Positions 19,604 through 28,646 of a DNA stretch of 64,000 nucleotides are shown in pieces. The stretch's first letter is position 1; each line of letters starts with the position of its first letter. The stretch is from Candidatus Daviesbacteria bacterium. Lineage in GTDB: Bacteria > Patescibacteriota > Microgenomatia > Daviesbacterales > UBA10151. The stretch is from assembly GCA_041690695.1 (NCBI GenBank), contig JBEPVZ010000003.1, positions 13,633 to 77,632 on the forward strand, written 5' to 3'. The position numbers and the translations under genes were made by a program. Below the pieces are notes generated by a model that saw nothing but the letters and a program-made list of their open reading frames with translations, had not been told where the DNA came from and did not search any database.

Positions 19604-20244
19604 ACACCTAAATAACTAAATAGCTCTGTCGGAAAAGTGTCATTTGGCTGAAGATAAGTTCTGGGTAAAAAGTCTCTGTTGCCACCCATAAATTCTTTTA
19701 AACATGTAATCGCTTCTTCAGTTCCAGGCCGCCAACGCAAACTACCAACATTTACTCTTTTATCATCTTCCAAACTGTTCAGAAATCTTTTAAGTGCGGC
19801 GCTGACCGGTGGTCTCAGAAAATCAGGCAAATTCTCAGAATCTGTTCGTCCGAAGGAATGTTTTGGAGCAGTTAAGATCTCATCAATATCGACCCAACGA
19901 GCATCTGTTGTCGCCGGATCAGACCCAATTTGAACTCCGCCATGAGTTGCATGTAGCGCATAGGCTTTTAGCCAAATACCTGGCCAAAATTGGATTTCTG
20001 CCAGGGGGTTTTGCGTCAGGTTTTGTTCAGCAAAGCTCAGTCCCGTAGTCTCCTCGCCACAAATACTCCGCCTAAGTGTATCCTCATCGCTCTCTCCAAG
20101 TTCTTGAGTTTCCATGGGAATAGACATCATTCCTTCAAGTTTACGAGTGAATCTGCGAGTATTTTGCTCAGTAACAACTAAAATTCTCTGATCAGGATGA
20201 ATTACTACCGCACCAACTCCGACACCGACCACTTCTTTAATCAT
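19600..20244 (-). CDS. Nudix-like hydrolase (divergent Nudix box)
   Basis: N-terminal VGVGAVVI strand and a region ETQELGESDEDTLRRSICGEETTGL resembling GX5EX7REUXEEXGU with a small insertion. Confidence 0.4.
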   Translation of the reverse strand: MIKEVVGVGVGAVVIHPDQRILVVTEQNTRRFTRKLEGMMSIPMETQELGESDEDTLRRSICGEETTGLSFAEQNLTQNPLAEIQFWPGIWLKAYALHATHGGVQIGSDPATTDARWVDIDEILTAPKHSFGRTDSENLPDFLRPPVSAALKRFLNSLEDDKRVNVGSLRWRPGTEEAITCLKEFMGGNRDFLPRTYLQPNDTFPTELFSYLGV

Positions 20245-20262
20245 AAATTGTCTGGAATTATA

Positions 20263-20985
20263 TCAGGTTAGTAGCTTTCTACCATGGATTATTGAGTATG
20301 CTAAAAAGTCTTGATGAGTATCTAAAACAACATTAATTGATTCGTCGAGAAGAATTTGTCGCTTTTCCTGACCAATATCTTCTAGCTTAAACCAAACTTC
20401 CAATTCTTGCCAAAATAGATTCCAGTTTGAAACTTTCGAAAAATCATATTTAGTAAATAAATCAAAATAAGCTTTTAAATTCTGTTCAGTTTCAGCTAAA
20501 TCGATTTTAAAAAAATCAGCTAAAATCAGGCTGATCTGCTTTTGGTCAATCTTTTTAATTGCCGCTTTAAGTTGGGCTTGAAAGGCTGGCTGATCTTTTA
20601 GTAACAAAATATCTACCCCACTCTCAATATAGTTGTGGGCTTTACCGGTCGCATTATCTACTGGCAAACCATAATATTTGCTAACTAATTTAACCAACTC
20701 CTTATTATGTTGAAAGGCATAACCTGGTTTAGTTAAATACTCAAGATGAGTAAAGTCATCCAAAACATTGTGGCCAATAACTCCTTTGGCTAAGTTAATA
20801 TAATCAGGATATTTTTCAAGAACAAATTGGTGAAATTTATTCCGCTCCTCTAGCCCATGCAAACCGCCAGCCCAGCCGATGGTTTTAGTAACAGCTGAGT
20901 CTGGCAAAATCCCCCCAACCAGTATTAACGGATCATCAGACTTATATAACTTAGAGACTACATAAGCATGCATGTGATGAAACAT
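20263..20985 (-). CDS. Uncharacterised protein, paralog of 20989..21609
   Basis: Shared pattern with its neighbour: H-x-Y...K...(I/L)VG...PD and G..HN...D...EY. Confidence 0.4.
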   Translation of the reverse strand: MFHHMHAYVVSKLYKSDDPLILVGGILPDSAVTKTIGWAGGLHGLEERNKFHQFVLEKYPDYINLAKGVIGHNVLDDFTHLEYLTKPGYAFQHNKELVKLVSKYYGLPVDNATGKAHNYIESGVDILLLKDQPAFQAQLKAAIKKIDQKQISLILADFFKIDLAETEQNLKAYFDLFTKYDFSKVSNWNLFWQELEVWFKLEDIGQEKRQILLDESINVVLDTHQDFLAYSIIHGRKLLT

Positions 20986-20988
20986 AAT

Positions 20989-21609
20989 TTATTTAAAGAG
21001 ATCTTCAAAATATGCCCTAGTCCCAGCCAAAATCTGGCGAGCATCAGCATTATTTGTGATGATATGGAGCAGTTCTGGAATCTGCTCAGCCATCTCTTGA
21101 CCATCGATCAGCTTTTCGCAAAAATGACCAACAGATAATGATGATGGCGGTTCCGAAATATAATCACTAATTAATTTATGCCAAGCCTCAACATCTTGAG
21201 TCTGTAAACCATAGCTTAGTTCGTCAGAATTAACTTCACGAAAAAAATCTTTAAACATAAACCAATCACGACTTAAGCCATATAAAAGAACATCTTCACC
21301 AAATTTTTCGGCCTGGCTAATAAATTTATTGTCGGGCAATAACTTATAAAGTCCTGATTGTTGAATATATTCAGTTCGTTTCAAGTCATGATAGTTATGG
21401 AAGAGTAAGCCGGCTTTAAAGGGATCTTTTTCAGCTTTAACTTGTTCTAAACTGACCTCACTGAAATGAGTTTTAGTACGATCAATAATACCGAGGTATC
21501 GAATATCTGGAAAGCTTGTCCCGACGATGAAAGCTTTCTGGTCAATTTCTAAACCACTAATATCGAAAAATCTTTTAGCAAAATAAATGTGACTGACTGG
21601 CGCGGCCAT
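20989..21609 (-). CDS. Uncharacterised protein, paralog of 20263..20985
   Basis: Same conserved N-terminal pattern as its neighbour. No known family assigned. Confidence 0.4.
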   Translation of the reverse strand: MAAPVSHIYFAKRFFDISGLEIDQKAFIVGTSFPDIRYLGIIDRTKTHFSEVSLEQVKAEKDPFKAGLLFHNYHDLKRTEYIQQSGLYKLLPDNKFISQAEKFGEDVLLYGLSRDWFMFKDFFREVNSDELSYGLQTQDVEAWHKLISDYISEPPSSLSVGHFCEKLIDGQEMAEQIPELLHIITNNADARQILAGTRAYFEDLFK

Positions 21610-21634
21610 AATAGAACATATATACTATCACAAA

Positions 21635-22693
21635 ATGAACTCTCAGCCAGAATCAGCTAAAGCCGTTGAACAAAGAAAACGAGAACATATCCAGATTCCC
21701 CTCTCCCAAGATGTCAGTTACAAAACTAAAACGACCATGTTTGAAGATGTAATTTTATTTCATAATGCCCTCCCGGAAATTAATCGCTTAGATATTGATA
21801 CCTCAGTTAAGTTCTTAAACCATCCTATTAAGGCCCCAATTATGATTACCGGCATGACCGGGGGAGCTAAAGAAGCGGCAGTTATTAATAAAAATATTGC
21901 TCGGGCTTGCCAGAAATTAGGAATCGCCATGGGATTAGGTAGTATGAAAGCTATGATTGTTGAACCTTCTTTGACTTATACCTATCAAGTTCGAGAGGTC
22001 GCCCCTGATATTTTATTAGCTGGCAATATTGGAGGAAATGACTTGCGCCATTTTTCAGTTGAAGTTTTAAAAAAGGCTCTAAAAGATGTCGGAGCTGATA
22101 TTTTGGCTGTTCATTTAAATCCAGCTCAAGAATTAGTTCAAAAAGAAGGTCAGGCCGAATTCGCCGATGTGCTAAAAACCATTGCGGACTACTCAAAAAA
22201 ATTGCCAATTTATGTCAAAGAAGTTGGTCAAGGTTTATCTCCTGAAGTAGTTAAGAAGCTATCTCAAACTAATATCCTGGCGTTAGACGTATCGGGGGCA
22301 GGTGGAACAAATTGGATTGATATTGAATATAAACGTCGCGGTTTAGATTTTGGTCCGCTCAGTAATTGGGGAATTCCGACAGCACTGGCTGTTCATCTAG
22401 CATCTCAAAACACCAAGTTGCCGATCCTCGCCAGTGGTGGAATTCGAACTGGCCAAGATGTTATTAAAGCCTTAATCTTGGGAGCCAGTATCGCTGGAAT
22501 GGCCATCCCGGCTTTAAAATCCGGTAACCAAAGTTATGAGGCTGTTGAAGAGAGTCTAGGAAACTTAATCAAAGAGGTTGGAGATATTATGTTTTTATTA
22601 GGAGCGAGGAACTTAGATGAAGTGAAGAAGATTAAACCAATGATTGTGGGTAGATTAAGAGAGGTCATTGCGAGTGCATCCGAAGTAATCTAA
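21635..22693 (+). CDS. fni: Type 2 isopentenyl-diphosphate delta-isomerase (FMN-dependent IDI-2)
   Basis: IMITGMTGG, LAVHLNPAQE and ASGGIRTGQDV motifs of the IDI-2 TIM barrel. Confidence 0.85.
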   Translation: MNSQPESAKAVEQRKREHIQIPLSQDVSYKTKTTMFEDVILFHNALPEINRLDIDTSVKFLNHPIKAPIMITGMTGGAKEAAVINKNIARACQKLGIAMGLGSMKAMIVEPSLTYTYQVREVAPDILLAGNIGGNDLRHFSVEVLKKALKDVGADILAVHLNPAQELVQKEGQAEFADVLKTIADYSKKLPIYVKEVGQGLSPEVVKKLSQTNILALDVSGAGGTNWIDIEYKRRGLDFGPLSNWGIPTALAVHLASQNTKLPILASGGIRTGQDVIKALILGASIAGMAIPALKSGNQSYEAVEESLGNLIKEVGDIMFLLGARNLDEVKKIKPMIVGRLREVIASASEVI

Positions 22694-22751
22694 CTAAAAT
22701 CCTGGACCAATTAAATAGATCGCCACGTCGCTACGCTCCTCGCGATGACAA

Positions 22752-23429
22752 TTAAGGCTCTGTCGTTTGTTCTGGACCCTTATCCCGGAAAACATTAATA
22801 AACTCCCCGATCTTACTTTTATCAATCTTGGTAAGTTTCTCGCTTCTCCCCCAAGCCGTTAAAATTAATGGTGAATCCATACCTAGCCTCGGCATAAAGA
22901 TTAATTTGTGTTGACCAAATTGGTTATACAAATCTTTTAATTGGTTTTTAAAAGTATCACAACTGCCATCGCTAAAGCTTTTAGGCATACTGGCTAAACT
23001 GGCAGATGGGCTACCCTCACTACCTCCAGCCATAGTTCGATTAGCTAAATCAGTAAATGGATCAGTAGTTGCGTTAGCGGCTGGACTAGCAATTTCGGCA
23101 GCATATGCAGCGGGAATTAAATCAGCTGCCAGTGGCTTCTCACAGTCGTACCAAAAGATAATGTAACCGTGCTCTTGGGAGTGAACGACATAACCATCCG
23201 CTCTCGGGGTATCATAAAAACCTTTAGTAATCCAACTTGGATAGTGATTACCTGAGGTTGGAGGATTAAATTGATAAGGCGTTGGTGCACCAAGATCTAA
23301 ATGATTTCGACCTGGTTGGAGCTGGGCTACCCCAGGTAAAGGTTTTGTTGATTCGATAAAAGCCCAGGTTAGAACGGCAATGGTTATTAAAACGGCAGCA
23401 ATAATAATTAAAAGTTTCTTATTTTTCAT
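22752..23429 (-). CDS. Membrane-anchored DUF3105-like protein
   Basis: N-terminal TM helix. PPTSGNHYPSW and HSQEHGYIIFWYD motifs as I recall for DUF3105. Confidence 0.55.
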   Translation of the reverse strand: MKNKKLLIIIAAVLITIAVLTWAFIESTKPLPGVAQLQPGRNHLDLGAPTPYQFNPPTSGNHYPSWITKGFYDTPRADGYVVHSQEHGYIIFWYDCEKPLAADLIPAAYAAEIASPAANATTDPFTDLANRTMAGGSEGSPSASLASMPKSFSDGSCDTFKNQLKDLYNQFGQHKLIFMPRLGMDSPLILTAWGRSEKLTKIDKSKIGEFINVFRDKGPEQTTEP

Positions 23430-24020
23430 CTAAATCCCTTTCTGTGCTTTCTCCAAACCATCTTCGATATAAATCTTAACAACCTCAATGGCTTTTTTAA
23501 TCATTCGCTTAACAACCGGTCGATCTGATTCATCAAACAGATCAATCACAAAATGTTCAGCGTTAAAACTCGTCCGGTGATGTTCTCCCCGAAAAGCTTG
23601 GGTAGTCCCAATTCCAAGTCGGAGTCTAGCAAACTGGTCTGTACCAAGCTCTTTAATAACTGATTCTACTCCATGATGTCCGGCCGCTGCCCCACCCAAA
23701 CGTAGTTTCATCTTGCCGAGCGGTAAATCGAGTTCGTCATGGATTATTAAAATATCCTCAGAAGCAACTTTGTAGAAAGATTTCAGTAAGCTGACCGCAA
23801 TTCCAGAGTTGTTCATGAAAGTCTGAGGTTTTACAAAAAGCAATTGGTCATTGGTGGCTGGTAGCTGGTAGCTGGTAATTTCACTTTTGAACTTCTTTTC
23901 GAAAGTGAATTCGGAGGCATGAAGCTTTTTGGCTAAGGTATCAATCGTTTCAAAACCAAAGTTATGGCGAGTGCCAGTATGTTCTTCGCCTGGATTACCC
24001 AAGCCTATTATTAGTTTCAT
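23430..24020 (-). CDS. pth: Peptidyl-tRNA hydrolase
   Basis: MKLIIGLGNPGEEHTGTRHNFGF is the classic Pth N-terminus. Length 196 aa. Confidence 0.9.
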   Translation of the reverse strand: MKLIIGLGNPGEEHTGTRHNFGFETIDTLAKKLHASEFTFEKKFKSEITSYQLPATNDQLLFVKPQTFMNNSGIAVSLLKSFYKVASEDILIIHDELDLPLGKMKLRLGGAAAGHHGVESVIKELGTDQFARLRLGIGTTQAFRGEHHRTSFNAEHFVIDLFDESDRPVVKRMIKKAIEVVKIYIEDGLEKAQKGI

Positions 24021-24649
24021 ATTAAATTAAGCTGTTCTACCCCCTCCTTCTTTTCTGTTTTCACTTCAGCTTGGCCCTTTTTAAACGCTTCGAGAATTTT
24101 GGGGATAGCCTGAAAATCTTCTTCAAACAACTTTAACATAGCCGTTGCCCGAAGTGCTGCAGCAGGATGATACATTGGGATAACTAGAATTTCCTCACCA
24201 TTAAACACAACTTGGCGAGGTTTGCCATGAACAACTGAAATTTTAACATCCGGGATAAATTTGTTCATCGAAAAACGACCGAGGGTAATTATAATTTTAG
24301 GATCGACAATCGCTATCTCCTCGTCAACATAGGGCTGAAAAGCCGCAATTTCAGATGGCTCTGGATCGCGATTTCCTGGCGGACGATATCTCACAATATT
24401 TGAGATATAAATTTCGGGACGGGTAATACCAATCGATTCGAGAGTTTTACTGAGTAATTTGCCCGCTTGACCAATAAACGGTTTACCATCCCGATCTTCA
24501 TAAAAACCGGGGGCTTCACCGAGAAAATAGAGCTCAGAATCGGGGTTCCCATCACCAAAAACAAGTTGAGTGGCTCCAGCCCGAAGGGGCAACGACATAT
24601 CCTCCTCCATTCGTTTTTTGAGATCAGTTAACCGCTCTTGTTTTGTCAT
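24017..24649 (-). CDS. Uracil-DNA glycosylase, family 4
   Basis: LVFGDGNPDSELYFLGEAPG...KPFIGQAGKLL family-4 UDG motifs. Confidence 0.85.
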   Translation of the reverse strand: MTKQERLTDLKKRMEEDMSLPLRAGATQLVFGDGNPDSELYFLGEAPGFYEDRDGKPFIGQAGKLLSKTLESIGITRPEIYISNIVRYRPPGNRDPEPSEIAAFQPYVDEEIAIVDPKIIITLGRFSMNKFIPDVKISVVHGKPRQVVFNGEEILVIPMYHPAAALRATAMLKLFEEDFQAIPKILEAFKKGQAEVKTEKKEGVEQLNLI

Positions 24650-24686
24650 CTTTCTAAATTTATCACTCCTACCTGCGAACTACCAG

Positions 24687-26450
24687 CTACTGTTTTTTAT
24701 ACTGCTGATTATACATTTCGACTAACTCTTTAACCGTCGTCGCATCTTCAGCCTTTTTATCAGCTTCACGGAAACGGACTAATCTCGGGAATCTGAGGGC
24801 ATAACCTGGAGTTTTTTCGCCCGAGGCTGAGTTTACCGAAGCCCCAGCGGTATGGTTTGGCGACTTGGTGATTTCATCCGCCAAAACCTCAATCACGATC
24901 TCAGGTTTAACCCAAACTGATGGAGTTAAAAGAGAAACCACCCGAGCTGGCTTTTGATCAACTTTAATCTTATCAGCCCGTTTATGAATCTCGCGCCATT
25001 CATCGTCGGTTAAGCCAGTTCCGATCTTGGAAACCGTGACAAATTGGTCGTTTTCTTTATCATAAACTCCGACCAAAAGTGCTCCAGCTCCAAACTCAGC
25101 CCGCTTGCCCCGACCATAAATGTATCCTAGGATAACGGTATCAATGGTATCTTTAAGCTCACCTGACGAGTGGCGCTTGATCTTAATCCAGTTAAAATTT
25201 CTTGCTCCAGCTTGATAAGTTGAATCTGGACGCTTAACGATCAAGCCTTCAAGCCCTTTAGACAAGGCCTCTTCAAACATATTGGTAATCTTGTCCGGTT
25301 CAGTCACGAACTGGCCTGGTTGAGGCATGAGAACATCATCCCCCTTGATCGAGTCTGTCATCAATTTAATTCGCTCTTTGAGCGGCTTATCGACTAACGA
25401 CTTGCCGTTTAAATACATAATGTCAAAAACGAAGGCCTTCAGAGGCAGAGTCTTTGACATCTCTTCGATTCCATATTTGCGGCGACGTTTGGTCGTCTCT
25501 TGAAATGGTAAAAACTCTTCAGATTCAGGATTATATGCCAAAGCTTCAGAGTCTAAAATAATTGATTTAGCCTTGATTTGACTTAAAACCCCAGCAATAA
25601 TATCCGGGAACATTGGGGTGGTCTCTTCGAGATTTCTGGAAAATAGTCTAACTTTTTGGCCATTTTTATGAATTTGAACCCGAAATCCATCGTATTTATA
25701 TTGCAAATGGGCTTCCCCACCAAACTTTTCGAGGATTGTTTTAGGATCAGTAATCCGCTCACACAATTGGGACCGAATTGGCCGACCAACCGTCACATCG
25801 AGCTTTTCAATCGCCTTCAGCCCACCTTCCCAAAGTGTTTCACCAACTAGACCTAAATCTGAAACCTTGTTATAAGCCTCTTCCAATAACTTTCTTTTAG
25901 ACCGATCGCCCAACTTTAATGCTGCAAAGGCGTCTAAAACCGTCGGATCACCAATTCCGAGCCGACTTGCTCCAATTGGGATCCGAACGAGATGTTTAGC
26001 CTCAATTGGGCTAGCGTGCTCAAGTAATTTGGCGAGTGAGGATATTTTGTATTCTACAGTACCATCTCCTTTTGTCTCAGCAATCTTTCTAAGTTCGTCA
26101 AAGACATTTTTGACGGTTAGTTTATTTCCAGTTTGTCTTTTCTTATTGCTTAAGTTCTCAGCAACTTTTCCCAGATCTCCCACTCGGCCATCTTCTTTTA
26201 AAACCTCTTCCCGATCAACCGTATATGCTCGAGCAATTGCTCCGGCAACACTCTTCTCTGCCATACCAATCTCTGTTGCCTCATAAAATGGCGCCACTCG
26301 GCCTTGGATTAGATAACTGACCATGGCGACTTCATCCTTTTCAACATGGCTAAACAGCTCAGATAAGATCTCAATTAAAGTTAGGCGTGAAGATGTCCCT
26401 TCGAGCTTTTCAAAGTATTCAGTCAGAGTTTTAAATGTCATTACGATCAA
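24687..26450 (-). CDS. ATP-dependent DNA ligase
   Basis: Adenylation motif I KYDGFRVQIH (KxDG). 587 aa, with a typical ATP-ligase domain layout. Confidence 0.85.
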   Translation of the reverse strand: MIVMTFKTLTEYFEKLEGTSSRLTLIEILSELFSHVEKDEVAMVSYLIQGRVAPFYEATEIGMAEKSVAGAIARAYTVDREEVLKEDGRVGDLGKVAENLSNKKRQTGNKLTVKNVFDELRKIAETKGDGTVEYKISSLAKLLEHASPIEAKHLVRIPIGASRLGIGDPTVLDAFAALKLGDRSKRKLLEEAYNKVSDLGLVGETLWEGGLKAIEKLDVTVGRPIRSQLCERITDPKTILEKFGGEAHLQYKYDGFRVQIHKNGQKVRLFSRNLEETTPMFPDIIAGVLSQIKAKSIILDSEALAYNPESEEFLPFQETTKRRRKYGIEEMSKTLPLKAFVFDIMYLNGKSLVDKPLKERIKLMTDSIKGDDVLMPQPGQFVTEPDKITNMFEEALSKGLEGLIVKRPDSTYQAGARNFNWIKIKRHSSGELKDTIDTVILGYIYGRGKRAEFGAGALLVGVYDKENDQFVTVSKIGTGLTDDEWREIHKRADKIKVDQKPARVVSLLTPSVWVKPEIVIEVLADEITKSPNHTAGASVNSASGEKTPGYALRFPRLVRFREADKKAEDATTVKELVEMYNQQYKKQ

Positions 26451-26505
26451 ATTATAGCATTGGTGAGTAGGTTGACAAGCTCGTGAATTCGAGTAAGATT
26501 AAATC

Positions 26506-27273
26506 ATGTCCGATCTAGGTCAAGTCGAAAGTGAGAGAACGGAGCGGAGAGCTCAACCTCAACTAGAATCACCCACTATCTATCAGGTAACTCTAGAAAG
26601 AGCTATGTCTATCATGGACTACCTTACTGAGATGAAACCCTCTAAGCAGGAGGGTATTGAGCTGATTCAAAATGCTCTCTTAGATTTTGCCGTTATTGAT
26701 ACTCGAACTAAGCTTCTTAACTTAGTAGGATTACATTACGAACTTAATGAAGCGATGTTGCGCGCTCATACCAAGAACCAACCATTATCGATCCTAGTTT
26801 TAGATGCTGATAGATTTAAATCTATTAATGATACTTATGGTCATAGAGTTGGCGATTTAATTATCCAGGCCATTGCTGAAGCAATCAAAGATGCTATGCG
26901 AGAATCAGACGCCGCTGCCCATGTTAACCTCTCAGAACCGGTTGCCTCGACTGTTCGATCTGACTCCAAAGAAGAAACTGCGGCTCGACCAGGTGGGGAC
27001 GAATTTGTGGTAATTATGGCTGGTAGTGGTCCCGAAGGAGCCCAAAAACTAAGTGCCAGGATTCAAGAAACAGTTATTCCCCATCTACCAAAGGCCCCTG
27101 ATGTTCCTGAATCGTTTGCAAAAGATTTTAGCATGACCATTGGGATGGCGACCTATGACACAAGAATAGATTCTGATACCCATAAGTTTTTAGAAAGAGC
27201 TGATTTCGATATGATGGAGCGTAAAAAAGTCCGTGGAGTCAGTCGAACTCAGGTGGAAACACCCAAGACATAG
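26506..27273 (+). CDS. GGDEF-domain protein (diguanylate cyclase-like)
   Basis: RFKSINDTYGHRVGD and RPGGDEFVVIM (GGDEF) motifs. No obvious sensor domain. Confidence 0.7.
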   Translation: MSDLGQVESERTERRAQPQLESPTIYQVTLERAMSIMDYLTEMKPSKQEGIELIQNALLDFAVIDTRTKLLNLVGLHYELNEAMLRAHTKNQPLSILVLDADRFKSINDTYGHRVGDLIIQAIAEAIKDAMRESDAAAHVNLSEPVASTVRSDSKEETAARPGGDEFVVIMAGSGPEGAQKLSARIQETVIPHLPKAPDVPESFAKDFSMTIGMATYDTRIDSDTHKFLERADFDMMERKKVRGVSRTQVETPKT

Positions 27274-28301
27274 ATCGCTCGCTTAGTATTACCCTCTTTT
27301 TTAACCAATCCCTTTTGTTTTAAAAACTTTAATTCTCTTAAAACTGTATCGTCTGAAAAGTCGGGAAAGATCTTTCGAAAGTCTTTATTACGCATTTCAG
27401 CATGTTTATTTAAATACTCAATAATCGCCATTTGGCGCTCGTTGAGAACAACTTCTTCTCCAAGCTGATCTTTTTGATGACTTTCTGATGCGACCTTTAA
27501 AACGATCTCTTTTAACTTATCAACTTGTATCGCCACGCCCCGACTAAAGTATTCAAGCCACAAAGTTAGATCGCGTTCATGAACATCGAGGACCTTTTGA
27601 TTAGCCGCAGACTGTAAAATTTGATAATATTCAAGCTGTGTGGCTGCGAAGTAGCTCTCTAAGCTTAAAAAACCTTTTAAATCATATTGACCAATTCGAA
27701 GGATTAAATGGCTAAGTAGCCGGCCAACCGCCTCATTATTGCCACTAAAAGGCTGAATTCGATAGATCTCGAAATGAGCAATCGCAGATCTCAAAACCGG
27801 ATGAACTTCAATTGAGACGTCAGAGTTTAACCAATCAATTAAATCATCAATTAAATATGGTATCTCCGCGGCTGGAGGTGGAGAGTAACTAATTTGTCCA
27901 GTCTGGGCATTTCGGATTACTATTTCAGCTTCTCTAAATTGCTCGTCTCCTGAAATCAATCTTTGGAGTTCTAAGACCGTTTCTAGGGTCAAGAAGTTGG
28001 GCCGATCAAGTGAAATTTCAAGTTCATTAACCTCCCGTAAAGCTTTAAACAAGCTTTGATTAAATTGCCAATTTGAATCATCGTTGTTATCTCCGGCAAT
28101 TAACTGGTGAACTTGTTCTTCAGTTAAACTAACTCCTTCTAAAATTGAGCCGTAATAAGTACTGTCAGTTAAAGCTTGATGGCGAAGTTTAGTCAGCCAG
28201 GCTGGAATTAGCTCCGCGTGATTGATAACTTCTCGACCTCCATCAATTGAGCCAATATGCTTAAGAATGGAGTTGGTGATTAAATATTTAGGAATGAACA
28301 T
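27249..28301 (-). CDS. Fic/Doc-family protein with degenerate active-site motif and C-terminal winged HTH
   Basis: HFEIYRIQPFSGNNEAVGRLLSHLIL aligns with HxxxxRIHPFxDGNGRxxRLL, but HPF becomes QPF and GNGR is altered. C-terminal MAIIEYLNKH...VLRELKFLKQKGLV resembles a wHTH. Confidence 0.55.
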   Translation of the reverse strand: MFIPKYLITNSILKHIGSIDGGREVINHAELIPAWLTKLRHQALTDSTYYGSILEGVSLTEEQVHQLIAGDNNDDSNWQFNQSLFKALREVNELEISLDRPNFLTLETVLELQRLISGDEQFREAEIVIRNAQTGQISYSPPPAAEIPYLIDDLIDWLNSDVSIEVHPVLRSAIAHFEIYRIQPFSGNNEAVGRLLSHLILRIGQYDLKGFLSLESYFAATQLEYYQILQSAANQKVLDVHERDLTLWLEYFSRGVAIQVDKLKEIVLKVASESHQKDQLGEEVVLNERQMAIIEYLNKHAEMRNKDFRKIFPDFSDDTVLRELKFLKQKGLVKKEGNTKRAIYVLGVST

Positions 28302-28349
28302 CTAAATTAATTATGACATTTCCCGCAAAAAATGTATAATTAAGCTCAG

Positions 28350-28646
28350 ATGGCTCAAAAAGAAACACCTGAAGAAAAAAAAGAAGAGAAAAACTTTCAC
28401 GAAGAGTTGTTAAGTCAACTTGTTACCTTAGCGACCTCTGGTTTTGGTCTAGTAGCGGCTTTAGCTTGGAATAATACGATTCAAGAGTTTGTTAAAGAGT
28501 ATATTGAGCCTAAAATCCCAGGATCTGGCCTCGTTTCAATGTTAGTTTACGCCGTTTTGATCACAGTTTTTGCCGTCTTTGTGACCTACCAACTGTCTCG
28601 CTTAGCCAGTAAAGTCGCCGCCAGAACCGCTTCCAAAAAAGATTAG
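28350..28646 (+). CDS. Small membrane protein (98 aa)
   Basis: Two hydrophobic helices. A TGTATAAT -10-like element ends ~9 nt before the ATG, suggesting a leaderless or near-leaderless mRNA. Confidence 0.4.
   Translation: MAQKETPEEKKEEKNFHEELLSQLVTLATSGFGLVAALAWNNTIQEFVKEYIEPKIPGSGLVSMLVYAVLITVFAVFVTYQLSRLASKVAARTASKKD

Noticed and set aside
22694-22751. Bidirectional intrinsic terminator between convergent IDI-2 and DUF3105 genes
   Set aside because: Only a weak 5-bp stem (ATCGC...GCGAT) with a long loop and no flanking T/A runs.
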